64,000 nt of DNA from Elsinoe ampelina (taxonomy: Eukaryota): the NCBI GenBank assembly GCA_010093995.1, contig ML992501.1, positions 2,049,320 through 2,113,319 of the forward strand, written 5' to 3'. Below, piece by piece: positions 22,816 through 34,831 of this stretch. The notes under the pieces are model-generated. The model made no database searches. It was not told where the DNA came from and worked only from the letters and a program-made list of their open reading frames with translations. The position numbers and the translations under genes were made by a program. Numbering within the stretch: position 1 is the first letter of the stretch; every line of letters starts with the position of its first letter.

Positions 22816-25300
22816 CTATAAGCCAGCAAGACTCAAGTTTCCAAGGCCCGGGGCTACCGACTCTTTGCTCTTCAGAGACATCACAGCTGCTTTCTGAGCC
22901 AGGGGAACCAAGTCCTCAATGTGCTCGGTGGATCCCTTGGCTAGCCCAGCTACTACTGCTCCCAGAAAAGTATCTCCGACGCCATTGACACTGACGATCT
23001 CATGCTCAGGTACTTGCTCGGCCGGAGGGAAGAGCCTCATGTAAAGCCCACCTACGTTACGTACATCCTCAGTCTCGTTTCGACATCGACTGATGATGTA
23101 CGGTGCATGTTCTCCACTACTGAATCTTGGGTCCCCTGCTGGTATGATTTGTGTCAAAAGCACTCCTTGAGAACCAAGCTTGGTGAGAATCTGCGGGATG
23201 AAAGGTAGCAGTTGGATGCTTTGTTGGGGAATGCCAGCATCGACCAGTGCTGGACTTGTCGCGAGTGAGAGCTTCGTTCGAGCTCCAGAGGATGGAATGC
23301 CTAGAGCATCGATCACTTGCCACCAATCCTGCCGGTCGAAGAGACCAGCTTCTCGGGCAGCCGCATGCATAGCATTAAGCTCGTAGCTATTTGGAGTCGC
23401 CAAATGAAGATCGACGCGTGGGAATGCACCAAGGTGGGATCCAGTTGGTAAAGAGAAAAGCTGAACCGATTTGGCGGTACTGACGGGCTCGTAGACTGTT
23501 GTCGCGGATATGGACTTGGCCAATCGAAGCCATTCAGCAAGTAGCTGCGCACTCCAATTGGCATCTATGACCACAGTCTTTGGACGAGCGTCCTGCAATT
23601 GTGGTGACCAAAACGATATCGAATCCTGAGTCTTTTGCGAATGACCCGCTGCTCCTTCCAGGATCGCCATATCCGCCATGGCCATGACGAGGCTCTTCTC
23701 CGCGTCGTTCACTGCGACATACTGTGGAGTTCGTCCATCGGGTACAGTGCACACTCCAGTGACGTCCATCTCCACAGCTCGGAGAGCAGCCTTCGCCGTG
23801 TCGCCAGCTGCGTCATCGCCGACAAGAGTGCATAATCGCACAGGCGCGCCCAGCAAGTGAAGTGCTCGGGCAACATTGTGGCCAACGCCACCCACAGATT
23901 GTGATATCGCAGCAGGGTTCGACGTATGTACGACAGGTTGCGGCCCTAACGATGCTGACCGCGGCAAATAGTCACATGCTAGATCAATGGCCAGCGAGCC
24001 GGCAACAAACACAGATGGTACTGAAGTCGAAAGTGTGGAGGATGAGATTGGTGATGATGGCTTAACAAAGCTTTGGTCGAGCACATCACGATGTGGCGCC
24101 CGCACTCCTTTCGAAACACCGTTCGGGCGGAAGTTGGATGCACCTGGGCCCGTCATCACACCACTGAATGAATTGGTCAAAAGCCTTGAAAGCATCAGTT
24201 GCATTGACAGGCTATCAAACCGAATTCACTCACAACTCCCCTCGCTCTTGGAGACTTTCAAGCCTGGCTAGTTCTACAGCAACAAGAGTACCACGTTTTG
24301 CGTTTGATGCGATGAGTGCTCGATTCGAGGTCACGCTCGTTGAACCGGTAAGTTCCTTGATCCTCTTGAGCACAAACGGCGTATTTGCGCTGCCATGAAC
24401 ACCTGCATCTCGTGCTTCTTTGACAGCGCCTGCAATGGCTTCATCAATCTCAGCTTTCGGGATGCTGTGCTCTTCTGGGATCGGATTGCTGATGACAAGT
24501 CCTGTTTGTATGCCCAAAGAATGTTGGGCGTGGATGACAGCAGCAGCTTCGGCCTCTGTCTGTATCGTCATTGGTGATTTGACACCACTGTCTCGAGACC
24601 AAAAGCCAGGGAAGTCTACTTGTCCGCTCCTGCCATCTGCGAAAGTTGCCACCGGTACGCCTTGCGTCTCCAGATACTCCAGTGTTCGTGGCAAGTCAAG
24701 GAAGCTCTTACAACCACTGCTGATCACAGCGACTGGAGTCCGTCCCAACTCGGTGAGATCTGCAGAGACATCCATTGTATGCTCGCCTCCTCGATGAACG
24801 CCACCAAGACCGCCAGTCGCGAACACCTTGATTCCGGCCATATGAGCAAGAACCATTGTACCTGCGATCGTGGTCCCTCCATGGAAACGCCTCCCTGGCG
24901 AGCCCAGTCCACACATGAATGCCAGATCTCGGCGCGAGACCTTCCGCGTGTTTTCATGGCCAGCAGATCCTGCCAGGCGGATGAGTTCCTCGGACTCAAG
25001 TCCAACCTTTGCGACACCATCTAGCACGCCGATGGTCGCCGGAACACCTCCATTCGTCCTTACAACACTCTCCAGCAAGGATGCGAGGGCGACATTGTCG
25101 GGGTAGGGGAAGCCATGGGTGTATATGGCAGTCTCCAGCGCAACAACAGGTCTACGTTCGGCAAGAGCCTGTTGTACCTCCTCAGACACCCGGAAGTATG
25201 GCGATGCAATATGTAGATGTCGTGACCGTCCTCGTTGGCGAGTGAGTAAGCATTGTGTCTTCAATGTAGCTCGCAGCCTGGGAAGTGAGGCAAACGACAT
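22816..25300 (-). CDS. Pseudouridine-5'-phosphate glycosidase (IndA/PsuG) fused to PfkB-family kinase
   Basis: VVALETAIYTHG, ATGGLGGVHRG, DVSADLTELG, TPFVL; after an intron (~24166-24234) GGVGHNVA and VNGVGDTFLG. Confidence 0.92.
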
Positions 25301-25570
25301 TAGTACTTGGCAAGGAGATGGCACACCAGGGAATTTCAATCAGAAGAGGAACGACATCAATGCGAACCTATCGCTTTATATGCTGTGCTAGTTTTGCAGT
25401 GGACAAGAACGATAGGGCGTGAGTGACCGCCACCGGAGCTGGCAGAGGGCGGCAACTTTAGCCGAGCATCCAAGTGTCCAGCTGGAGCTTCATGATTTCT
25501 GGAAACCGTACACTCGTCAAACCACGTCGCCAATCCTCCCACAGCATCCAATTGGGGCAAGAACGGCATC

Positions 25571-27144
25571 ATGAGATCAATTGGCTTCTTCGCCAGCTGT
25601 CTCATAGCTTCGGCGGTACCATGTCTCGCGGAAATCAACGTCACTGAGCAGGTATCGCGGCAGATTCTCCCTAGCTCCTTCACTCCACCACAAGTCTTTC
25701 AACATGCCAACTTGGTCCGGACCATTTCGTTAGCAAAGTCATACACGAAAGAGACCGTCAATGTGGTGGTAGAGAATGTCGACAAGAGAGAGCAATCCGA
25801 ATACTACATTCCCTTCGAAGCATCAACCATCTCGCGGATAGGGAATCTGGAGGTTAGGGACAAGAACAATGCTGCATCGCGGTTTCCCGATGTCACCAAT
25901 GTCGAATACGATGCGACGAGTGCGACGCAATACTATCGTGTCAGGTTGCCCAAGGCTTTGGCACCCAAGGAGAAGATTACTTTGTCGATCAGCTGGGTGA
26001 CATTGGCTTCGTTGAACCCCCTTCCGGCCAAGATTGAGCAATCAGGAAAGCAGTACGTCCAATACAGCTTGTCCGCATATACGCCATCCGCCTACAAGAC
26101 TGTCAAGCAGAAGACAAACATCAAGCTTCCCACTGTCGATGTGCCAGACTATACCAAGCTCGACAAGAACGCAGACGGCAAGGAGGACCCGCAGAAGCAG
26201 GGAACGACTTTCACATACGGTCCATACGCAGACATTCCTGCCGGCGCTACCCAACAAGTTTCTCTGAGATACGAGTTCACCAAGCCTTTGCTTCACGCAA
26301 CTCTGTTGGAACGTGACATTGAAGTCAGTCACTGGGGTGGCAATCTTGCGACTGAAGAGCGGTTCTGGCTGGAGAACCGTGGTGCGGCACTCGAAAGCCA
26401 ATTCTCCCGTGTCAAATGGCAACAGATGCAATATTACAACCCACCGACCTCGGCTGCAAAAGAGCTACAAGTCCCCTTGGCTATCGGTAGCTTGAACCCG
26501 TACTTTATTGACGACATTGGCAACGTCAGCACTTCCAGATTCAGGAGCAACTCCCGCGAGTCACTTCTCCAATTGAAGCCTCGCTATCCATTATTTGGTG
26601 GATGGAAGTACAAATTCAGGATCGGCTGGGACGCGGATCTCAAGAAGTCGCTGCGCAAGACAAAGACCGGCGACGGCTACGTACTGAAGGTGCCTTTTGT
26701 GGAAGGTCCCAAGGCGGCTGAAGGTATCGAATATGAGCGTGTGGTGCTCAACATCATTCTGCCCGAGGGCGCGACGTATGTATTCCCGTTCGCGACTATG
26801 TCATCCATCACTAACACGGATGCAGCAATGTCAAATATGAGACTGAGGCACATGTCATCTCCACCGAGACCACCAACCACAAGACCTTCATGGACACCCT
26901 TGGCCGAACCACATTGAAGCTGACTGCTATCAACGTGGTTGACGAGGCTCGTGAGAAGGGCGTCGTTGTAAGTCTGATTGAGCTGAGATATGCCGACCAT
27001 TATTGACCTCCCCAGGTGACCTACGACTATCCCTTCCTCGCCGGCTTCCGCAAGCCCATCGTCATCACGTCCTCCATCTTCGGCATCTTCGCCGCTGCGT
27101 GGCTTGTTTCGCAGCTCGACGTCAGCATTGGTCGTAAGCGGTGA
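25571..27144 (+). CDS. OST1: Oligosaccharyltransferase subunit ribophorin I
   Basis: Signal peptide, IEVSHWGGN, DDIGNVSTS, PRYPLFGGW, ILPEGA; two 3' introns; C-terminal TM ending VSIGRKR*. Confidence 0.95.
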
Positions 27145-27316
27145 GACCAGACCGCGCGTGGAGCGTGAGACTCAGCGGGCATTTGCCCAGCCACCGGCGC
27201 CGTGAAGGCTTGCTTCTTCCAGCCCAGATATGCTTGGCGGTGTATTGGAGCGCGAAATCTTTCGCAGAACCCCGCGCGATGTGTAACATCTGTACCTCTA
27301 GAATATGAAAAGTTCT

Positions 27317-27820
27317 TCATGTCCGCTTCGTCTCTGTCCCATCGTCCCAGAATTCCACGTCTCCCTCTGCGCTCAGGCTGCCTCTTTTCAAGAATTGGCC
27401 CTTCTCTTTCAACAGATCCTCGAGCGTGATAGACTTATCCGAGAAGATCTTGAGATGGTCGCTGATCAAATGACGGTTCTTGCAGCCTGGGCAAGTGATC
27501 AAGGTCGTGCCGTGGTGATATGCCTGTTTCGAGATACGATGTGACGAACGATTGAGGCATTTGCGGCAGGTGAACGTCATCTGGTACTGTGGCACTTCTT
27601 CCCGTTCGGTATTTGGCTCCGCTGCCTGGTCTGGTCGGTCGCTGAGAGGCCTCGGTGTTGACGATGACTCAAATCGATGTTGAACAAATGATGCGACTCG
27701 TGGTTGCTGCAGTCGAATGATCGCTGGGCTGGCAAGGGATCCGCTCTGCCACGTGCGCGGCGCACGTGAGAGCAAGCATCTTGAGGCGACAGCACGGCTA
27801 GCGAAGGATCGTGATATCAT
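27317..27820 (-). CDS. ZIM17: Mitochondrial DNL zinc-finger Hsp70 escort protein
   Basis: FTCRKC...AYHHGT..ITCPGCKNRHLISDHL; mitochondrial presequence. Confidence 0.92.
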   Translation of the reverse strand: MISRSFASRAVASRCLLSRAPRTWQSGSLASPAIIRLQQPRVASFVQHRFESSSTPRPLSDRPDQAAEPNTEREEVPQYQMTFTCRKCLNRSSHRISKQAYHHGTTLITCPGCKNRHLISDHLKIFSDKSITLEDLLKEKGQFLKRGSLSAEGDVEFWDDGTETKRT

Positions 27821-28209
27821 GCTGACCACAAAGAGGGTGATGTTGTTTGTGCTTCTTTTGCAATTGTCTCCCAAGCAAAGAGATTCCTGGCCGCGAACTT
27901 TCGGAGCGGTTCCGTCGGTGAAAGTTTTGCCGACGTCATTTGCAGCTTGGGCTTGGCGGCTCTGAACCTCGAATTCGCCGCAAACGGAAAGAAAGCTGCA
28001 GTCACAAACTAAAACAATCCACCATATCTGCTGAACACAAAGAGCCGATCGCGTTCATTTTCACCTCAGCTCTTTGTCACACATTTATACACCTTCTGAA
28101 GCCACGAGAAATCTCACACCCCAGCACATGACGCAGAATCAGCCAGGAATAGGACTGCCGGCTTCACATCTCTTCCCCGCCTGAGCAGCACTCCGCAGGC
28201 AGCATACGG

Positions 28210-30884
28210 ATGGCCATGCAGATGTCGGGCAGAGGCAAGACGAAAATTAGAGCTCCCAGGAGGGTAAGTCTATCCACCTGCTACTTCTCCTTGTGATTCA
28301 CACACTTCACTTCGCTTCAACACCGCCGGCATCACCGGGCTCCACTTGCGCACTGCGGGGCACTAGCTGACAGATGGCACTACAGGGGCTCAACACTGCG
28401 GCCGACGTCGACTTCGATGCCACCTGGCAGGTTCTGGAGGCAGCCTTTCACGAGATTCACACCAAGAATGCTTCGAAATTGAGCTTTGAAACACTTTACC
28501 GCAATGCTTACAAACTGGTTCTCAAGAAGCAGGGCGAGGGACTATACCTCAAGGTGGCTGAGTTCGAGACACGCTGGCTCAGTACAGAGGTGAGGAGCAA
28601 GGTGGTGCAGAATCTCACACAAGAGCTACTGGACCTGGGTGCCAATCCTTCTTCGAGCGTCACACAGAGGCGGGAGTCGGAACAGCGCTTCCTGAAAGAG
28701 CTTCGTCAGGTCTGGCAGGATCACCAGGTGTCTATGAGCATGTTGACGGACGTCATGATGTACATGGATAGGGTATACTGCGCAGACAACCGCCGCCCGT
28801 CAATATTCTCAAAGGCAATGAGCCTGTTCCGCGACCACATTCTCTATGCGCAGCTCGACACTTCCACAGGAGACAAGCGCACGCTACTTCAGGTCCTCAC
28901 CAACATCATCTTGGATCAGGTGAAGCAAGACCGGGATGGAGACACGATCGATCCAGCTCTGGTCCGTGCAAACGTCTACATGCTGGAGGGCTTATTCGAG
29001 ACCAACGTCGAAGCAGAGGATGAGAAATTATACCTGAAGAAGTTTGAGGAGCATTTTCTGCGCGACAGCATAGAATTCTACCATAGCGAAGGCGAGCGAC
29101 TCATCAGTGAGAACGATGCAGGTAGCTACTGCAGAAGCACGACCAAGCGAATCAAGGAGGAGCAGGAGAGATGCCGTCACACGATCTCAGACCTCACGAC
29201 AGCGAAGATCACAAAGGTTGTTGAAGATCAGCTGATACGCAAGAACATCAAGCTTGTCATCGAGATGGACAGCGGCGTGAATTTCATGATTGCCAATGAC
29301 AAGTTCTCCGACCTCAAGCTCATCTTTGACCTGGAGGCGCGAGTCGACAACAAGAAGACAGAGCTCACCAGGACGATACAAAAGATCATCTCGGACCTGG
29401 GATCCGCGGTCAATAAGGCTGCCTTTGACGCCACTGCAAACCCAACGGCCGCTCCAGCTGGAGCAGATGAAGGCGAGGACAAGGCGAACAAACCTGGCCA
29501 AGATCGCGTGCTCAATATCCAGACCGCGGCAGCTCTGAAGTGGGTGGAGGATGTTCTGGCGCTCAAGGACAAATTCGACAACATCTGGAAGCTTTCACTC
29601 AGCGAAGATCAAGTCCTCCAGACAGTACTCACTCGCAGCCTCGGAGATGTCATCAACTCCTTCAGCCGATGTAGCGAATACATCTCCTTGTTCATTGACG
29701 AGAATATGAAGAAGGGCCTGAAGGGCAAGACGGAGCAGGAGGTCGACCAAGTGCTGGAAAAGGCCATTACCCTGCTACGTTATGTCCAGGACAAGGATCT
29801 GTTCGAGAACTACTACAAGAAGCATCTCTGCCGCCGCCTGATTATGGGCAAGTCACTCAGTATAGAAGCGGAGCGCTCGATGATTCTACGCATGAAGATT
29901 GAGCTTGGCAACGCCTTTACGTCGAAGCTGGAGGCCATGTTCAAGGACATGAACTTGTCCGATGAGCTGACGGCTGGCTACAAGACCCATATCAGCGGTC
30001 TTGGTCAGCACGACATCAAGCGCATTGATCTTGCGATTCATGTGCTTACGTCCATGACCTGGCCTCTCGATACGATGCGCGGTCTCGACGACGAGCGCGA
30101 CTCCCGCATGAAGACTATCTATCCGCCGACGATCGAGAAGCTGAAGACGTCTTTTGAGCAGTTCTACGCGCAAAGGTATAGTGGTCGTGTGCTCAGCTGG
30201 CAGGGCAACATGGGCACAGCGGACATCAAGGCTACCTTTCCAAAGGTGCCACAAAAGGAAGGATCTACTCGCGCACGCACACACGAGATCAACGTCTCTA
30301 CCTACGCAATGATCATCTTACTCCTCTTCAACGAGCTTCCGGCAGACCAGAGTCTCAGCTTCGAGGACATTCAAGGTCGTACCAACATCCCCACGAATGA
30401 GCTCATCCGCAACCTGCAATCCCTGGCCGTTGCGCCTAAGACCAGGATCTTGCTGAAGCAGCCTATGAGCAAGGACGTCAAGCCCACAGACCGGTTCAGC
30501 TTCAACGAAGGCTTCGTGAGCAAGTTCATTAAGATCAAGGTTGGCGTCGTCAGTGCTAGCAACCGTGTCGAGAGCGATCGTGAGAGGAAGGAAACGGAGA
30601 AAAAGAACAACGACAGCAGAGGCTTTGTAGTTGAGGCGGCGATTGTGAGGATCATGAAGTATGTTTCTCTGACACAGATGTTGCTCAAGACGATACTGAC
30701 CATTCGCAGACAACGCAAAGAGCTCCCGCACGCTCAGGTCATTACCGAAACACTTTCGCAGCTGAGCAGTCAGTTCAAGCCCGACGTGACCATGATCAAG
30801 AAGAAGATTGAGAGTCTGATTGAGCGCGAGTACCTCGAGAGGGTGGAGGAGGCGCCGGTGGCCACATACAGATATCTGGCATGA
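28210..30884 (+). CDS. CUL3: Cullin-3
   Basis: Exon 1 GRGKTKIRAPRR then GTAAGT; LSFETLYRNAY, YMDRVY, DKDLFENYYKKHL, neddylation motif AAIVRIMK, IESLIEREYLER. Confidence 0.95.
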
Positions 30885-32670
30885 GGATAGGAGAGCACAG
30901 CATGGCGGGAAGCTCAGCATAGCGTGTGTTCAGCGGGTAGGACTTTAGCATGGACGACAGTCATAGCCTCGGGAGCAAAGGAGATGGCGATCACGATGGC
31001 TTGGGAAATCATAGCGAGGCGTTGTTGAAGTCTCTCGGGTTATGGGAGTATACCATGCATACTTAGCGACGGCGGTGAAAAGCTTGGGTCAATGAATGCA
31101 TTCGTTCAGATGAACATATTTAATGGATAGTTTGGGTGGCAGGTCGTCGTGACCTCATATTGTTCGCCCTTGCTTCGTCCAGCCAGACTTCATGCGTTGA
31201 CAGCTTCGTATCCGCAGCAATACTCCCTCGCGCACACAAGTGCTCGTCATATTATTCTCGCACGAAAGGGTGACCTCGTACGGAAACTCACGGCACCAGC
31301 TTATCCGGCCCCCTGATTAGTACTTACTGCTTGCGAGATTGCGCCCACGCAGCTGCGTCAAGCCCTCATCTCGCGTCCTTTTGCCCTTGCCCGATCACGA
31401 CAGCCTCACACGGCCAGTAGGGCTCAAATTTGTCCTGCAAAAACCAGGTCCGATCCCAGGAGCACGGCATGGACAACGACAGTGCAACAAGGACGATGGG
31501 GCCAAGAAATGGCCATGCAGGACACTCCCGTCCGTTGAGACCCATGTGCCACCTGGGCAGTGCCAGCACAGCAAGCGGGCCTGGCAATCTCACCTCACTG
31601 CGATTGTGAGATGCAGGAACAGGACGGGACAGAGGCACAGGAACCCACAACGCACGTCCAACGACCGGGCTTGATCCCTGTCTTCGAATAATGTCGAAAA
31701 AAGTGCTCGCTCTCTCTCGGCCACAGAAAAGAGTTTCTTGGTTTCCAAGCCTGTTCCTTTTTCTGTTGGGACCTTGGGACCGGGGGGGCGATCTGCCTGT
31801 GCCTGTGCCGCTCGCGTGGGCTTTTGGTGGGTTGGGGGGTGTGTGATTGGTTGGGGGATTGGAGGATTTTGTGCTTTTAATTTGCTGGACTTAACTGGGA
31901 TGGGTTACAGTACGAGTACATAGGGGGGAGAGGGCATTGGGGGTGTGGATCGCGCTCGAAAGATGTTGTTATTACTTGGTGAGGCTTATCGGGGATATGA
32001 GGGACGAGGCAGGTGATGATTTGTTGCTGGTGATGGACTCCTCGTGAGCGAGCATGAGGTGTACGGCACTGCTGCCGACGGTTGGACGATGGATGCTTGT
32101 TGATCTGTCTGTTGCAGCCTGCGGCGAACTGTTTCCCATCACAAACGGGTTGCCATGTTTCAGCGTGCTCTGCACTGCTCGGCGCACGTTCTTCAAGGTG
32201 GTCGAGCTCGGCGTAAACACATGGGAAAGGACCACAAGAAGGACGGGCAAACACGAGGTGTCAACGCCATCGGAGATGAGCGGCTGGGGACATCAATACA
32301 GTCTTCTACTGCGCAGCATGGATGGAGCAGATTCTTCTCGTGGGGTCCACCTTCGGCCTTGTATACCACATGCAGGCATTGTTGTGTGGGAGGACAAGAA
32401 ATGCTTTTCGCCTGATGATGTGGCATTTTCTTTTTCTTTTGGCAACAGAGCACACACGGGAAAGCGACAAACAGGGATCATCAGGTACGACACGGGCGAG
32501 GCGCACGGAAAGAGGATTGAGTGTGGCGCTAGTACCTGCAGACCCGCAGACCACGTCAAGCCAGACCCTCTCTTTGTGGTAATCTCATTGGCCTTTCTCA
32601 GCGCTAACGCAGATCTCCATCATTCAACAGGCCAGGCACGGGCACAGACGTCGACGGAGGCCCACCAAGG

Positions 32671-32694
32671 CCTGAGCCTGAGCCTGAGCCTGAG
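32671..32694 (+). repeat. (CCTGAG)4 hexamer repeat
   Basis: Read directly; followed by degenerate aagccg/aagcca/aagcctgagcc units. Confidence 0.85.
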
Positions 32695-32999
32695 AAGCCG
32701 AAGCCAAAGCCTGAGCCTCCTTTTCCTACTCGACCTCTGCACACGTCTTCTGTTTCTTTCCTCCCTCACACACGTCTCACAGCCTTTCACTCCACCAAGA
32801 GCTATCTGCTCGTCCATTCCCTCGTCTTCACGACAAACCACATTCATTACCGACAACGACAAGAGCCCTGGTTGGCCGATATCGAAAAAAGCGCTCTAGC
32901 AGCAGCATCGCCGTTTAGTCGAGCACACGAGATTTCGCAGCAGAGCATCGATACCCATTTTTCGCATATCGCCAATTCACATCCCACATTACTCACACA

Positions 33000-34520
33000 A
33001 TGGCCCCAGTCACTCAACTGGGTCTGGTCTTTTTGACCATCGCCTCTGTCGCTTTTGCTGAGCGTCACGCACACGTTCGCGGCCACCGTCATGTCAACAG
33101 GCGCCAGAACAGGCCCTACCTCACTGCGCCATATGGCTTCACCAACGGCACCGTTACGGTTGGGCCGACCGGAACTGGCTCCGTTCCTGATCAGACCTCC
33201 ACTCGCACCGAGACTCTGACCAGCACTCTCACCCAGACTCTCACTGCTCCTGGCGGTGGTGAGACTGGCGGTGCCGGTGATGTCCCCGTCGGTGGTGATA
33301 GCGCACCGACCTGCGGCGGCACCCAGTACGTCACCGTCACCGAGTCCGTTACCGTCACTGCCTCTGCTGGTACTCCCAGCACCACCCCTGACGCTGGTGA
33401 GGATGAGGGCGATGATGAGGAGGAGGACTCTCCAGTGCCTTCCTCTTCTTCTGCCCTCCCATCCTACGCCGCTCCCTCCTCCCCTGCTGCCGCTTACGTT
33501 AGCACTGAGTCGTCAGCACCTGTCGCAGAGGTCACTCCCTCATCCTACGTGGCTCCGGCTCCGGCACCCACCACATCCTCATCCACCTCGGAGCTCCCGG
33601 CCTACACTCCTCCCGCTTCATACGAGGCCCCAGCCCCGGCTCCTAGCAGCTCCGCAGTCACCACCCGTGACCTCCCAAGCGCCACCAGCTCCTCCTCCGC
33701 AGCCGCTAGTCCCACTGGAGGCTACTCTGGTGGCAACACTGGCAGCACCGGTCTTCGCACCAAGCGTGGCTGCCTTTACGAGTACGGCCTGAACGACTGC
33801 GCTGAGCTCGCCTCTGGTGGCAAGCTCTCCTGGATCACCAACTGGTCCGATAAGCCCGATGACAAGACCTCTGGGTTGACCTTCATTCCTCAGCTCTGGG
33901 GTCACACCAAGGTTGGTGGTGACGGCAAGGTCCACGATTACACAGTCGGCTGGCAGGACAACTGCAAGGCTGCTCTCGACGCCGGCTCCCCCGCCATTCT
34001 TGGTTTCAACGAGCCTAACATCGCCAGCCAAGCCGCTCTCGACGCCGGTGCCGCCGCCTCTCTCTGGCAAGAACAGATCGTCAAGCCGTTTGGCTCCTCC
34101 GGCAAGATCCTCGTCTCCCCCGGTGTGACCTCCGAGCAGAATGGCCCAGACGACAACAAGGTCTACCCTGGTCTCGACTGGCTCAGCTCCTTCCGCTCCG
34201 CCGGTGCCCAATGGGACGCCACCGCCGTCCACATGTACGCCAACTGCAACGCCGACGCCCAGGACCAGCTCGGCTACCTCAAGAACATGGTCAACGAGGC
34301 CGGCAAGCGCTTCGGCCCCAACGTCTGGGTCACCGAGTTCGGCTGCGAGCTCTCCACCCCCGCCCCGGCCGACAAGCAGGCCGCCTTCATCTCCGCCGCG
34401 ATCGAGTACCTCGAGAACGAGCCCAGCGTCAAGCAATACGCTGCTTTCAAGGCCGACACCCTCGCCGGTAACGCCGCGGGTAGCGCCTACGCCAGTATGG
34501 ATTCCAAGGCTGCTTCCTAG
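33000..34520 (+). CDS. Secreted GH128 (Asl1-like) beta-1,3-glucanase with Ser/Thr/Pro-rich linker
   Basis: Signal peptide; TKRG, FIPQLWG, ILGFNEPN, AVHMY, WVTEFG catalytic Glu motifs. Confidence 0.9.
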   Translation: MAPVTQLGLVFLTIASVAFAERHAHVRGHRHVNRRQNRPYLTAPYGFTNGTVTVGPTGTGSVPDQTSTRTETLTSTLTQTLTAPGGGETGGAGDVPVGGDSAPTCGGTQYVTVTESVTVTASAGTPSTTPDAGEDEGDDEEEDSPVPSSSSALPSYAAPSSPAAAYVSTESSAPVAEVTPSSYVAPAPAPTTSSSTSELPAYTPPASYEAPAPAPSSSAVTTRDLPSATSSSSAAASPTGGYSGGNTGSTGLRTKRGCLYEYGLNDCAELASGGKLSWITNWSDKPDDKTSGLTFIPQLWGHTKVGGDGKVHDYTVGWQDNCKAALDAGSPAILGFNEPNIASQAALDAGAAASLWQEQIVKPFGSSGKILVSPGVTSEQNGPDDNKVYPGLDWLSSFRSAGAQWDATAVHMYANCNADAQDQLGYLKNMVNEAGKRFGPNVWVTEFGCELSTPAPADKQAAFISAAIEYLENEPSVKQYAAFKADTLAGNAAGSAYASMDSKAAS

Positions 34521-34831
34521 ATGGTTTCTGGTCTGACGAGCATACTATATGGCGTCGGGCACGGACGGGAGGTTTGGTCTTCTTGGTTCACGGCACTCTC
34601 ATGATGAAATTTGTTTCCGAGTGGATAAGAAAGGGGAGGATCTGCATTCCATCGAGCAACGGGCTCATGGATATCTTGGGATGGTACAAAACGGCTCTAG
34701 CCAGAGCGGCTTTTTAATTCGCTTCAATGTTTAGATACCTTTAGTGGAGAAGATGAATTTCGAACTTTTTTTCCCTTATGACTTTACTTCTGTCTTCTCA
34801 TGTCCTATTCTGCATCTGCTGTCTCATCACC

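Noticed and set aside
22816..25300. PsuG-PfkB fusion as a novelty
   Set aside because: This fusion is the usual form in fungi and many other eukaryotes
32054..32899. 281-aa ORF upstream of GH128
   Set aside because: No recognisable motif, runs through a hexamer repeat and pyrimidine tracts; more likely promoter/5' UTR
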